A stretch of DNA of 50,049 nucleotides from Candidatus Yanofskybacteria bacterium RIFCSPLOWO2_02_FULL_41_13 (GTDB lineage Bacteria > Patescibacteriota > Minisyncoccia > 2-02-FULL-40-12 > GWA2-44-9): positions 1 to 50,049 of the forward strand of contig MGKQ01000020.1 of assembly GCA_001795735.1 (NCBI GenBank). The letters run 5' to 3'. Under the pieces are notes generated by a model. The model made no database searches, was not told the origin of the DNA, and saw only the letters and a program-made list of their open reading frames with translations. The position numbers were made by a program, and so were the translations under genes. Positions within the stretch are counted from its first letter, which is position 1; each line of letters begins with the position of its first letter. This document shows positions 28,481 through 38,548 of the stretch, piece after piece.

Positions 28481-30307
28481 ATGGAAGATAACATTTCAAA
28501 AATAAAAGACCGGCTTAGCGTGGTGGATGTTATCTCAGGTTACATTAAGGTTCAGAAATCAGGCATTAACTTTAAGGCCCGCTGTCCTTTTCATAATGAA
28601 AAAACCCCCTCTTTCTATATCTCTCCTGAGCGTCAGATATGGCATTGCTTCGGTTGTCAGAAAGGCGGCGATATTTTTGGTTTTGTTAAAGAGATTGAAG
28701 CCGTCGAATTTCCCGAAGCTTTGAGGATTCTCGCCCAAAGAGCTGGAGTCAAACTTCAATCTTTTGATCCTTCAACTCGCGATGCCAAAGCCGTTCTTTA
28801 TGATATTTGCGAAACAGCTACCAGATTTTTTGAGAAACAGCTTCATGGTTCTTCGGTCGGCAAAAAAGTTGCGGCTTATCTTAAAAACAGGGGATTGGAA
28901 GAAGATATGATAAAAGAATTCCGCCTTGGGCTTGCGCCTGACAGCTGGCACTCTCTGGGGAATTTTCTCAGGGATTGTGGGTTTAGTGATGAAGACATTA
29001 TTAGCGCCGGCGTTTCTTTAAGGCGGGAGAACGGAAGTGATATGTATGACCGTTTTCGCTCAAGAATAATTTTTCCAATAGCCGATGCCAATGGCCAAAT
29101 GGTCGGCTTTACCGGCCGTATATTCGAAGAAGGTATCAACGTTGATCCCTTTCCCGGCCACCAAAAAGCGTTAGACCCAGGCGCTAAGTACATAAATACA
29201 CCCCAAACGCTGATATATGATAAAAGCAGGGTCCTCTATGGTTTAAATAAGGCGAAATCGGAAGCTCGCAGGGCCGACCGTTGCCTACTTGTCGAAGGCA
29301 ATATGGATGTTATAATGTCTTATCAAGCTGGAGTGAGAAACGTTGCCGGTACTTCTGGCACAGCCCTTACTCCCAGTCATCTGCAACTTTTGCAGAGATA
29401 TACAAGCAATCTCGATTTTTGCTTCGATGCTGATCAGGCCGGTCTGGTTGCTACCAGACGCGGGATAGGCTTAGCCTTAAGCCAGAATTTTAACGTTAAA
29501 ATAGTCAGCCTTCAGGATCCGGAATGCAAGGATCCGGCCGATTATGTTAAAAAATTCGGCAATAAGTGGCAAGAAATCGTTCAGATAGCGAAGCCGGTAA
29601 TTGATTTTTATTTTGATAAATTAAAGTCCGATGTCGACATTACTTCGGTTGAGGGTAAAAAATCTATTATTGTCGTTCTGGGGCCGCTTATTAAAAGATT
29701 GGCGAGCAGAGTTGAAAAATCGCACTGGATCACCAAACTAGCGGTTGCCCTAAAGACCAAAGAAGACGCAATCGAAGAGGACATTAATCTTGTGAAGGAC
29801 GATCTGGCTACCTATGAACTTCATGGACCCCATGTGCCGGATCAACAGATTGCTAAGATTGAAAAACAAAAAAATATGCCCGAGGATATGCTAAGCCAGG
29901 CTATTCTCGCGGTCATATTCAGAAACCCGGCAGTTCTAAAAAATAAAATCATGAGCTTAGATGTCAACGGCCTGGATTTATTGGCCAGTAAAGCATTATC
30001 CAAGCTTAAAGAATCCGACTTAGATGATTTTAATTTTGGCAAGTTTGTCAAAGAATTTGATTCAGATACGGCGATGAGGCTGGAATTTGCCCATCTAAAA
30101 TCCGAAGAGTTGTTAAAAGATTTTAATGATGAAGAGCTGAAGGAAGAACTTATGCGGCTTATTAATGTCCTAGAACGTAAATCAGTCTCGGCCAAGCTTG
30201 CTAACCTGGAGCTGGATATTAAAAAAGCAGAGCTGGATAAAGATGATAAAAAGCTTGTTCCGTTGTTAACTAAATTTGCTAATCTAACGAGAAAATTATC
30301 GCGATAA
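28481..30307 (+). CDS. dnaG: DNA primase
   Basis: [11 protein letters not shown] Zn finger, KYINTP, VEGNMD TOPRIM, FDADQAG. Confidence 0.98.
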   Translation: MEDNISKIKDRLSVVDVISGYIKVQKSGINFKARCPFHNEKTPSFYISPERQIWHCFGCQKGGDIFGFVKEIEAVEFPEALRILAQRAGVKLQSFDPSTRDAKAVLYDICETATRFFEKQLHGSSVGKKVAAYLKNRGLEEDMIKEFRLGLAPDSWHSLGNFLRDCGFSDEDIISAGVSLRRENGSDMYDRFRSRIIFPIADANGQMVGFTGRIFEEGINVDPFPGHQKALDPGAKYINTPQTLIYDKSRVLYGLNKAKSEARRADRCLLVEGNMDVIMSYQAGVRNVAGTSGTALTPSHLQLLQRYTSNLDFCFDADQAGLVATRRGIGLALSQNFNVKIVSLQDPECKDPADYVKKFGNKWQEIVQIAKPVIDFYFDKLKSDVDITSVEGKKSIIVVLGPLIKRLASRVEKSHWITKLAVALKTKEDAIEEDINLVKDDLATYELHGPHVPDQQIAKIEKQKNMPEDMLSQAILAVIFRNPAVLKNKIMSLDVNGLDLLASKALSKLKESDLDDFNFGKFVKEFDSDTAMRLEFAHLKSEELLKDFNDEELKEELMRLINVLERKSVSAKLANLELDIKKAELDKDDKKLVPLLTKFANLTRKLSR

Positions 30308-30317
30308 CCTAAATATT

Positions 30318-31508
30318 ATGCCTAAGAAAAGTAAAAAGATTAAAAAAACAAAAGTAAAAAAACGTCCCAAGAAAATCCGTAAACTCAAGAAGAAGAAGGT
30401 TAGGAAAGTTCGGGAAAGTTCACCAAAAAAACAGGTCATTACCGAGGATAGTATTTTGTCTTTGATTGAGAAAGGGCGTCATCGTGGGTTTGTTACTCAA
30501 GCCGAGATTATCAACACTTTTCCGAATTTGGAGAAGGACATTAAGGGTCTTGAGATGCTCTACGATCGTCTTGAGTCGGCCAATGTAAACATAATTGAAT
30601 CGGGAAGAGTTTTTGAGGAAGAAAAAGCTCGTGAATATGATGAAAAGAAAAAAGTAGAGCTAGAACTTGAAGGGGGGTCTTCTTCTGACTCTGTGCAGAT
30701 GTATCTTAGGGAAATAGGAAAATATCCTTTGCTGTCCAGCGAAGAAGAGATTGAGCTGGCAAAAAAAATTGAGAAAAACGACGAAGCGGCAAGGCAGAAA
30801 TTAGCCGTGTCCAATCTGCGTTTAGTTGTTTCTATCGCCAAAAAATATGTCGGCCGTTCGGCCAATTTAACCCTGCTTGATCTTATTCAAGAGGGTAATA
30901 TAGGCTTATTCAAAGCTGTTGAGAAATTCGACTATAAGAGGGGATATAAATTTTCTACTTATGCCACTTGGTGGATAAGACAGGCTATTACCAGGGCTTT
31001 AGCCGATCAGGGCAAAACTATCCGTATTCCTGTTCACATGGTGGAAACAATCAACAAATATCAGCAGGTTGTCAGGCGGTTAGTACAGGATCTGGGCCGT
31101 GAACCTTTAGCGGAAGAAATAGCCGCTGAGATGGGTGTTGAAGTCGACAAAATAAGGTATATTCAAAAAATTTCTCAAGACACTGTGTCTCTTGAGGCTC
31201 CGGTCGGGCAAGACGACGAAGACAGCGCTTTGGAAAGCTTCATTCCTGATGAGGATTCCATCACACCTTCCATGTCCACTGCCAGAGGGATATTAAAATC
31301 CCATATTCAGGAGATCATAAACGACCTGACTCCCCGTGAGCAGAAAATTCTTGATATGCGATTCGGTTTGACCGACGGTGTAACTCATACGCTTGAAGAG
31401 GTTGGGAAAGTATTTACCGTCACCCGCGAGCGTATTCGTCAGATTGAGGCCAAAGCGCTGGAAAAAATCCGCCAGCATCATAAGGTGGAGAAACTAAAGG
31501 GCTACTAG
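30318..31508 (+). CDS. rpoD: Primary RNA polymerase sigma factor
   Basis: [45 protein letters not shown]. Confidence 0.97.
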   Translation: MPKKSKKIKKTKVKKRPKKIRKLKKKKVRKVRESSPKKQVITEDSILSLIEKGRHRGFVTQAEIINTFPNLEKDIKGLEMLYDRLESANVNIIESGRVFEEEKAREYDEKKKVELELEGGSSSDSVQMYLREIGKYPLLSSEEEIELAKKIEKNDEAARQKLAVSNLRLVVSIAKKYVGRSANLTLLDLIQEGNIGLFKAVEKFDYKRGYKFSTYATWWIRQAITRALADQGKTIRIPVHMVETINKYQQVVRRLVQDLGREPLAEEIAAEMGVEVDKIRYIQKISQDTVSLEAPVGQDDEDSALESFIPDEDSITPSMSTARGILKSHIQEIINDLTPREQKILDMRFGLTDGVTHTLEEVGKVFTVTRERIRQIEAKALEKIRQHHKVEKLKGY

Positions 31509-31575
31509 CCCTTTAGTTTCGGAATCCAGCCTTTTCTGTGAAGGGGCTATGATGGAAAGACTGAAAGGTTATTAA

Positions 31576-31600
31576 AAAACTCCGATTGATTCGGAGTTTT
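31576..31600. terminator. Bidirectional terminator between rpoD and tdk
   Basis: aaaactccga-ttgat-tcggagtttt. Confidence 0.7.
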
Positions 31601-32198
31601 ACTCTGGCGGTTTTCTATGGCAAGTTCGGCAACGGGCCTCATAGTCCTTATCTCCTACCAGAACGGCATCTTTTTTGTCCTTCTTTTTATAGTAAGTCAT
31701 CTCTGCGGTCGGAGGCCACTCTCTGCATCTGAAACAAACGGCTTTTAGTTTAATTATTTCATGGGCCATAGCCATAAACTGGGGCATCGGTCCGGGGAAC
31801 GGGTCTCCTTCCGAGGTCATATCCAATCCCGATATGATAATTGTCAGCCGGCGGTACTTTTTGTTCTTTAACAGATTTTTTATAAACCTATCAAATTTTT
31901 GGTCAAAGAACTGTCCTTCATCCATAGCTAGAATATCAGGTTTATGTGACCTAAGTAATCTTTTAGCTTTTTTTGGAGAATCTACGGTATAAGCTGGGAA
32001 TGAAAAGAATTTTTTAAAACTTTTAGAATTTTTAGTTTTTTTCTTTCTCGAATAAACCTCATTTTTGGCCCGAGTATCCCTCTTCGGTTTTAAGACCATG
32101 ATTACCTTTTTAGAATGCCGTGCAACATGGAGCCTTCTTATCAATTCTTCACTTTTTCCCGAGAACATTGGCCCGGTGATTACTTCCAGTCTTGCCAC
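31599..32198 (-). CDS. tdk: Thymidine kinase
   Basis: GPMFSGKSEELIRR, DEGQF, C-terminal Zn motif YEARCRTC. Confidence 0.93.
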   Translation of the reverse strand: MARLEVITGPMFSGKSEELIRRLHVARHSKKVIMVLKPKRDTRAKNEVYSRKKKTKNSKSFKKFFSFPAYTVDSPKKAKRLLRSHKPDILAMDEGQFFDQKFDRFIKNLLKNKKYRRLTIIISGLDMTSEGDPFPGPMPQFMAMAHEIIKLKAVCFRCREWPPTAEMTYYKKKDKKDAVLVGDKDYEARCRTCHRKPPE

Positions 32199-32320
32199 CT
32201 CGTCGTACCTCTAAGTAATTACAATGAACTATGGCATATCTTAGCACGCTTATATAATTTGAAGCAATTGTTGATAAAAATAAAATAGATAGGGAGTAAA
32301 TTTTCGACATGCTGAAGTTG

Positions 32321-32353
32321 AAGTTGACTTTACTATCTTCATAGTGTATAATT
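32321..32353 (+). promoter_or_regulatory. sigma70 promoter, copy 1 of an exact 33-bp duplication
   Basis: TTGACT-17 bp-TATAAT; identical to 33132-33164. Confidence 0.8.
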
Positions 32354-32409
32354 GTAGTACGTTCTTCACAATAAACCCCATAGGTTATTGGAAAGGAGGA
32401 GGGACGGCC

Positions 32410-33030
32410 ATGATGTCCGACAAGAGTGATCTGGAAAAACCAATTTTTACGGAAATTAGAAATAAGGCCGATCTTATTGCCTGCGCCGAACTTCTAATTT
32501 CGGAATATACAGCTGAAGGCCTTACGCCGCCTTGTCCCCCTTCTTTAGAAGAGGTACTAGACCAGTATGGGAGAAGCTACGTTTTTGCTGCTAAAATAGG
32601 CCGGAAAGTAATCGGAACCATAGCGGTAATGTCTGATTCTGATAAGGGTCTTTCCATGGATGAAGTGTTTGGCACTGAGCTGAACCAAATTCGTTCTGTC
32701 ACTAGTGACAGTCGGTTAGCCGAGATGGGTGCTTTTGCAAGCAATCACAAGCGGGACGATGCAATTTACCTTCCTCTTATGACGCTTGCCTACCTAAAGT
32801 GCATAGTGGTTGGAGTGCGGGATATCTGCATTAGTGTCCATCCGAGACGAAGACGTTTTTATCAGCATCGAATCGGCTTCAAACTTCTTGATGAAAAGCC
32901 TCGTAGCTACAGCAAGATGAACGGGGCCTTGGCTCTAGGCATGGTTCTTAACGTAGAGGAGGGGCTTAAGAATAATGATTTCATTGCTCGAAACTTACGA
33001 TACCCCATATTGACCTTGGAGTACATGTGA
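32410..33030 (+). CDS. GNAT-fold N-acyl amino acid synthase (FeeM-like)
   Basis: GTIAVMSDSDKGL, LAEMGAFA, ISVHPRRRRFY...IGF; GGAGG RBS before ATG 32410. Confidence 0.7.
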   Translation: MMSDKSDLEKPIFTEIRNKADLIACAELLISEYTAEGLTPPCPPSLEEVLDQYGRSYVFAAKIGRKVIGTIAVMSDSDKGLSMDEVFGTELNQIRSVTSDSRLAEMGAFASNHKRDDAIYLPLMTLAYLKCIVVGVRDICISVHPRRRRFYQHRIGFKLLDEKPRSYSKMNGALALGMVLNVEEGLKNNDFIARNLRYPILTLEYM

Positions 33031-33131
33031 GTCTAAGATGGCCATCAAGGCCGTCTTATTTTATATAAGAATCCTACATTTAGCTTGGGGTTAGTCTTTA
33101 TCCAAGCAAGAGAAAAGGAAAAAATGAGAAA

Positions 33132-33164
33132 AAGTTGACTTTACTATCTTCATAGTGTATAATT
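33132..33164 (+). promoter_or_regulatory. sigma70 promoter, copy 2
   Basis: Identical to 32321-32353. Confidence 0.8.
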
Positions 33165-33280
33165 AAGTCCAGACATGAAGTTTCATTTAACGAAACTTCG
33201 ACTCGAAACCTTTGCCTCTAAAATAGGCTTACCGTGTCATTAATAATAATGGCCACATGGGGGATCTCGGGTCATTATTT

Positions 33281-34504
33281 ATGACAACACAAGAAACACC
33301 TAACCGGGGCCTGCCTGCGCAGTCAGGCTTTAACGGTCTTGGTATTGCTCCTGAATTTTTAAAAATTCTTGAGAAAAACAATTTTATTACGCCTACTCCT
33401 ATCCAGCGTCAGGCTATTTTACCGGCAATGGAGGGTAGTGACATAGTTGGTATTGCTCAAACGGGAACGGGGAAAACCCTGGCTTTTGGGTTGCCTTTAT
33501 TGCAGCGTCTCCGAGGTTCAAAGAGCATTGGCTTAATAGTTCTGCCGACACGAGAACTGGCGATACAGGCCGATGAGATGCTTCAGAAGATTGGTCGTTC
33601 ATTAGGCCTTGTGACTGCTGTTCTTATCGGTGGCGAGGGTATGGGAAGGCAGATAATGGCATTGCGTCGCCGGCCGAATATTATAATCGCTACTCCCGGT
33701 CGATTACTTGATCACACTGAACATGGATTAAGATTGGACAATGTCGGAATAGTCATCCTGGATGAAGCTGATCGGATGCTGGATATCGGTTTTGCTCCGC
33801 AGATAAGAAAAATATTGGTCCTTGTTCCGGTCAAACGTCAGACCATGCTTTTCTCGGCGACGATGCCTCCGGAAATAGTTCATCTTGCATCTGCATATAT
33901 GGCTACGCCGGTCAGGGTTGAGGTTGCCCCTACCGGAACGGCGGCTGAGCTTGTAGATCAGGAAATATTTTTAGTAAAGAAAGAGTTAAAATTCAAACTT
34001 TTGGAAGATTTACTCAATGAGTGCCGAGGAACAGTGCTTATTTTTTCTCGCACAAAGCATGGCGCTCGTAAAATATGCTCGGCCATAGGGGATATGGGTT
34101 ATAGGGTTGCCGAGATACATTCCAACCGCTCGCTTGGCCAGAGGAAGGAAGCTTTAGCCGGCTTTAAGTCTGGCAGATATCGTATTTTGGTGGCAACTGA
34201 TATTGCAGCCAGAGGAATTGATGTTCAGGGTATTGAGCTGGTTATAAACTATGACCTTCCTGATAATAGCCATGATTATGTCCATCGAATAGGCCGTACC
34301 GGCCGTGCCGGCGTGATCGGCAGGGCGGTCTCATTTGCTACGCCCGATCAACAGCGGGATGTCAGGGATATAGAAAGGCTTATACGCAAGCAGATACCGG
34401 TCATTCCTCACGGCGATGCAATCTTCTTAAGCGGCGGTACTTCTCGCAGTTTCGGCCGCAACCAGCATATGCGCCGGGCTCCTCGCAAGTGGCGTCGGAT
34501 ATAA
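33281..34504 (+). CDS. DEAD-box RNA helicase (RhlE-like)
   Basis: AQTGTGKT, PTRELA, DEAD, SAT, HRIGRTGR. Confidence 0.96.
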   Translation: MTTQETPNRGLPAQSGFNGLGIAPEFLKILEKNNFITPTPIQRQAILPAMEGSDIVGIAQTGTGKTLAFGLPLLQRLRGSKSIGLIVLPTRELAIQADEMLQKIGRSLGLVTAVLIGGEGMGRQIMALRRRPNIIIATPGRLLDHTEHGLRLDNVGIVILDEADRMLDIGFAPQIRKILVLVPVKRQTMLFSATMPPEIVHLASAYMATPVRVEVAPTGTAAELVDQEIFLVKKELKFKLLEDLLNECRGTVLIFSRTKHGARKICSAIGDMGYRVAEIHSNRSLGQRKEALAGFKSGRYRILVATDIAARGIDVQGIELVINYDLPDNSHDYVHRIGRTGRAGVIGRAVSFATPDQQRDVRDIERLIRKQIPVIPHGDAIFLSGGTSRSFGRNQHMRRAPRKWRRI

Positions 34505-34549
34505 ACAAAAAATCTCTTACTTCATGCTAAGTAAGAGATTTTTTGTTTA
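34502..34549. terminator. 21-bp perfect hairpin between convergent helicase and obg
   Basis: taaacaaaaaatctcttactt-catgct-aagtaagagattttttgttta. Confidence 0.7.
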
Positions 34550-35519
34550 AGATGTTTATTCTGAGTTTTTGTATTTCCCGAAGTATCTTATTTACTTTTT
34601 GTATTGATTCAAAGTCGTGGATAGACAGAGCCAGAACATTTTTATTTAATTTCTTAAGTTTTGCCAGCTTATTTTTTATATCTTTCTTATCCATCATGTC
34701 CGTCTTGCTCAGGAACAGGTATTCGTCTTTTTTAAGCATGAGTTTATTGTATGCGCTAAGCTCTTTTCTGACTGCCCTGTAATCTTTTACCGGACTTTCG
34801 GATTCAGCCGAAACAAGGTGAAAAAGAATGCGCGTTCTTTCAATATGGCGGAGGAACTTAATTCCAAGCCCTTTGCCTGCGGAGGCCCCCTCTATAAGTC
34901 CGGGAATATCGGCCAGGATTAGGTCATAGAATACACCGAGATGAGGTTCCAGGGTGGTAAAAGGATAATTAGCAACTCGGCTGTTGGCTTGAGTCAGTTC
35001 GTTAATTAGGCTGGATTTTCCGGCATTGGGCAGTCCGATTATGCCCACGTCAGCTATCATTTTAAGCTCTAGCCGGATATTGAATTTTTCTCCGGGTAAA
35101 CCGTATTGGAATCTTCTTGGGCTTGTACTGTGGGGTCCGCGAAATAAGAAGTTTCCCTTTCCCCCATGCCCTCCTTTGGCGACAAGGATCTGTTCACCTA
35201 TATTTATTATTTCATGGTCGGTGTGGGTATCCAGATTATGAATTACGGTTCCGATGGGAACTTTGATAACAAGGTCTTTTCCGGCTGTGCCGTCATTTAA
35301 TTGATGTCTGCCGTTTTTACCGTCCTCGGCCTTAAAAACCTTCTGGTTGCGAAGAGAGTTCAAGGCACCTAGGTCGGATATGCCGATAAAGTAAATATTT
35401 CCTCCGTTTCCGCCGCGACCTCCGGTCGGCCCAAGAGCGCCTTTATTTTTGTTAAAGGAAACAATGCCTCTTCCGCCGTTTCCCGCCTGGACATGGATTG
35501 TCATATCATCTACTATCAT
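34527..35519 (-). CDS. obgE: GTPase ObgE/CgtA
   Basis: Gly-rich Obg fold, GLPNAGKS, YPFTTL, DIPGLIEGA; start moved to ATG 35519. Confidence 0.96.
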   Translation of the reverse strand: MIVDDMTIHVQAGNGGRGIVSFNKNKGALGPTGGRGGNGGNIYFIGISDLGALNSLRNQKVFKAEDGKNGRHQLNDGTAGKDLVIKVPIGTVIHNLDTHTDHEIINIGEQILVAKGGHGGKGNFLFRGPHSTSPRRFQYGLPGEKFNIRLELKMIADVGIIGLPNAGKSSLINELTQANSRVANYPFTTLEPHLGVFYDLILADIPGLIEGASAGKGLGIKFLRHIERTRILFHLVSAESESPVKDYRAVRKELSAYNKLMLKKDEYLFLSKTDMMDKKDIKNKLAKLKKLNKNVLALSIHDFESIQKVNKILREIQKLRINILNKKSLT

Positions 35520-35622
35520 GCCGGTTATTCTATCATAGAAACATATATTTCCTAACTGCCAGACAACCGGGTAACTAAAAGGCACCTCTCGGGGGGTGCC
35601 TTTTAGAGCCATAAGATTTAGG

Positions 35623-35880
35623 CTAGGAGAGATGCTTGGAAACAAGCTTTGCCATCTCAAACATACTGACCGTTGCTTTGCCGCCGAATACCTTTTTCAA
35701 GGCTTCATCAGCATTGATATTCCTCTTATTGACCTTGTCTTGAAGGCCTTTTGCTTTGATATAGACCCAAAGCTTCTTAACCACTTCCGACCTGGGCATA
35801 GGGCCCTGTCCGACTACTGCCGCTAAATCCGAGCTGACGTTCATAGGCTTCATGAACGCAGCATTTGGTTTCCGTGCCAT
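35623..35880 (-). CDS. SWIB/MDM2 domain protein
   Basis: MPRSEVVKKLWVYIK..GLQD..NKRNINAD. Confidence 0.92.
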   Translation of the reverse strand: MARKPNAAFMKPMNVSSDLAAVVGQGPMPRSEVVKKLWVYIKAKGLQDKVNKRNINADEALKKVFGGKATVSMFEMAKLVSKHLS

Positions 35881-36063
35881 ATGATTATGCAGGGGTCCTA
35901 TCAAAACCACAGTTTATATAATTTTGACAGGATCCCACGTTTATTAATTGTTTATTTAAGCAAGTATACTATAAATTCACAGAAAATACCAGAACCAACC
36001 ATCTTGGAGATTTTAAGACCAGATGTTATAATATATTCGTTGTGTTTTATTAACAAGTTATAT

Positions 36064-36388
36064 TCCGCGGTAGCTCAATGGTAGAGCGGCTCCCTGTGAA
36101 AAAATCGCAGCTTCCTAACGAAAGTTAGGTTGAAACTTTTCGGGATATCGGTGAAGCCCTAACGTAAAGTCGAGGGTAATACCGAGGGAACTGAGCACTC
36201 AATTTGGATATGCTAAAACAATGGCATTAAAGATGCTAATCCAAATTGAGTGCTCAGGCACCGTAGAGACTAGATACCGAAATCCCGTCAGACGAAAGTC
36301 TCGGGAAAGATATAGTCCACGCCACTACGAAAGTTATGGATCATGTGTAAGGAGATGGTTCCAGGTTCGAGTCCTGGCCGCGGAGCCA
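36064..36388 (+). tRNA. tRNA-Asn(GUU), exons 36064-36097 and 36348-36388, interrupted by a group I intron
   Basis: Acceptor TCCGCGG/CCGCGGA, G73, encoded CCA, D arm, GTTCGAGTCC T arm; spliced loop CTGT|TAA. Confidence 0.92.
36098..36347 (+). ncRNA. Group I self-splicing intron (250 nt, no homing endonuclease ORF)
   Basis: P1 CTGT/GCAG with U.G wobble; core gtagagacta (R) and aagatatagtcc (S); terminal G. Confidence 0.9.
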
Positions 36389-36690
36389 AGTAGGACTGTC
36401 GGCTAGTTCTAATACTAGATTGAAGGGAGAACGCAAGGTAAAACCTAGCGTTTTTTCTTTTACAGTTGGGTTCTGAAGTAAGTAGTTCAAAAATACCCTT
36501 TGTTCAGCAGGTTCAGAACTTTCAAAGATTGCTTTAGCACGACGGGCAACAGAAAGCACTGATGCTACGGTGGTTTGATAGTCATAATCGGCTTTTGTAT
36601 GTTCTTCAAGTTCAATGTTTGAGAGCTGTATCTTGTCGTGATAGTCTTGATGTTTCTTGTCATAGATGTCCTTAGTAATTCTCCAGTCCA
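36341..36690 (-). pseudogene. C-terminal remnant of a large serine recombinase reading into the tRNA 3' end
   Basis: Coiled coil then ...LRSPFNLV...WLRGQDSNLEP (antisense of the tRNA T arm); no catalytic N-terminus. Confidence 0.6.
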
Positions 36691-36917
36691 AATACGGAAA
36701 AAGAATTGTAGATAGATACACCTACGGAGCAACTAATAAACACCTAAATATAAAAGGATTTGTAGAAAATTTTGTTGTGCCGGAATTTAATCAAAATGAA
36801 ATAAATCGTGTCAGTAAATTAACAGAGGAAGCCATAAGACAAAGAATGGAGAGTAAGCAAAAACTCAAGGAAGCCAAGGATTTTGTTGAAAGTTTGATTA
36901 AAAAAACAAATAGCTAA
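36666..36917 (+). pseudogene. C-terminal fragment resembling a restriction-modification specificity (HsdS/TRD) domain
   Basis: YTYGATNKHLN...VVP followed by a coiled-coil tail. Confidence 0.45.
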
Positions 36918-36919
36918 AT

Positions 36920-37177
36920 ATGCTACCCAAAGAAGCCACAGAAGAATTTAAGGTATTGTATAAGAAGCATTACGGCCAAGATATTTCTGATGAAGAAGCA
37001 TCTCGTAGGGCCAATAATCTTGTAAATCTATACAAGGTAGTCTATTCTCCGGCAGAACCATCGGAAGAACAGGCAAGGAAAGTCAGTGAGGCCTACGAAA
37101 TTTTATTTGAAGAAGTATTGAAGCAAAGAGAACTAAAAAATTCTAATTTAGGCCGTAATAATGAGAAGGAAGAATAA
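36920..37177 (+). CDS. Small hypothetical protein (mobile-element associated)
   Basis: 85-aa ORF coupled to its neighbours. Confidence 0.65.
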   Translation: MLPKEATEEFKVLYKKHYGQDISDEEASRRANNLVNLYKVVYSPAEPSEEQARKVSEAYEILFEEVLKQRELKNSNLGRNNEKEE

Positions 37178-37469
37178 GGCCCAATACTATATCCGAGAGT
37201 ATTTTGACCGACCCGTTAGTAAACGGGAATTTTTACAAAACAAGGATAAAGAGGTTAAAAAATCTTGTGTAAGCCAAAAGTATCTCTTGGCAACCAAAAC
37301 CCTATCTAGGGGCAAAATTAAGGCATACGAGAGGCGTGAAATCCTAGTTCCGATATGGCACAAGAGGCGAAAATATTTTATAACAGAAACGGTAATGAAT
37401 CAGTTAAAAATAGATGCCCGGCCGACAGAACGGATTCAACAGCTAGGTCTTTTTAGAAATAATTTATGA
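37161..37469 (+). CDS. Hypothetical basic protein
   Basis: 102-aa ORF overlapping its neighbours. Confidence 0.55.
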   Translation: MRRKNKAQYYIREYFDRPVSKREFLQNKDKEVKKSCVSQKYLLATKTLSRGKIKAYERREILVPIWHKRRKYFITETVMNQLKIDARPTERIQQLGLFRNNL

Positions 37470-37735
37470 GTTCAATTTATCACAGCGAGGCATTTGTATA
37501 TATTGTCGGGAGTATATGGATGGTGGCCGTAGCTTGGGCGACTATATTAACCGTGCTGTCTAAGAAGTTATCTATCGTAGAAAAAATAGTGATTTGTTTT
37601 GCAATAAGCTTTTCTTTTTATCTGGCGGCATTTGTTGACGATTCTTATTATGAAGATATATTCCCCAATCCAGACCCGGAATATGCCCTAATAAATCCTC
37701 ACCGATTAATTGACACGAAACAATTCTGTTGTTAA
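37466..37735 (+). CDS. Small membrane protein
   Basis: Two hydrophobic segments. Confidence 0.5.
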   Translation: MSSIYHSEAFVYIVGSIWMVAVAWATILTVLSKKLSIVEKIVICFAISFSFYLAAFVDDSYYEDIFPNPDPEYALINPHRLIDTKQFCC

Positions 37736-37765
37736 TATATGGCAACGTTCTTTGATTGAGGAGAT

Positions 37766-38014
37766 ATGGAAATGTCAGAACCGAAGAAGACCCTAACTTT
37801 AACTTTTACTCTTGATGAAGTTGAAATGGGCATTCGTAATAAATGGTTGGAAGAACACTCTAAAAAGTGTGCACTTTATGGTCCAGCAACGGCTGGTTGG
37901 TTCGGTAGTCCGTATCACTATGTTTTTACTCCTTGGGGTTGTGGAACTGGCAAAGAGATTAAGTGTAATTGTGGTGAATCCCAGAGCTTAAATGACCCCA
38001 ATGAGGAACTTTGA
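37766..38014 (+). CDS. Small Cys/His-containing hypothetical protein
   Basis: GAGGAG RBS; H..C ... CNCG; followed by hairpin gaccc/gggtc and T-run. Confidence 0.7.
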   Translation: MEMSEPKKTLTLTFTLDEVEMGIRNKWLEEHSKKCALYGPATAGWFGSPYHYVFTPWGCGTGKEIKCNCGESQSLNDPNEEL

Positions 38015-38094
38015 GTTTTGACCCTTGTCGGGGTCTTTTTATTATCCTAAAACAATGCTAATCTATCTCTGGTTCAATTAAAAAGAGGTAAAAT

Positions 38095-38505
38095 ATGGAA
38101 GATTTCTCAAAATACAAAATGAAGGACTATAAACACTGGAGCGTGTTTATTCATCCAAATCAGGGATATTTAGGTCGTTGTGTTGTCTGGTGCAACCGAG
38201 AAGATGCTTTGGATTTTGCCGATGCCACAGAAGAAGAATCCACAGAACTGGTTAAAGTATTGAAGGACTTGAGAGAAGCAGTAAAGAACGCCTTCCAAGC
38301 CGATTGGTTTAACTATGCCTTGCTTGGTAATGAAACGAGACATCTCCATTGTCATTTTATTCCTCGTTATTCTTCAGAAAGAAACTTTGAAGGTATTACG
38401 TTCAGAGATGTCCTTTGGGGACATAATTATAAAACTGACCGAGGTTTTGAAACTCCGCAAGAAGTTCTGGAAAAAATCAAAACCAAATTAGAAGAGAACC
38501 TATAA
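38095..38505 (+). CDS. HIT family hydrolase
   Basis: HLHCHFIPRY. Confidence 0.92.
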   Translation: MEDFSKYKMKDYKHWSVFIHPNQGYLGRCVVWCNREDALDFADATEEESTELVKVLKDLREAVKNAFQADWFNYALLGNETRHLHCHFIPRYSSERNFEGITFRDVLWGHNYKTDRGFETPQEVLEKIKTKLEENL

Positions 38506-38548
38506 TCCAGCTCTACTCGTTAGAGCTTTTTTGTGGTTAAATCATTTT

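Noticed and set aside
36341-36388. tRNA-Thr(TGT) or tRNA-His(GTG) reading of the split tRNA
   Set aside because: Group I rules (5' exon ends in U paired with G, intron ends in G), a 7-nt loop and G73 all give GUU/Asn
36221-36406. 61-aa ORF here and 67-aa ORF at 35881-36084
   Set aside because: They overlap the tRNA and intron; spurious
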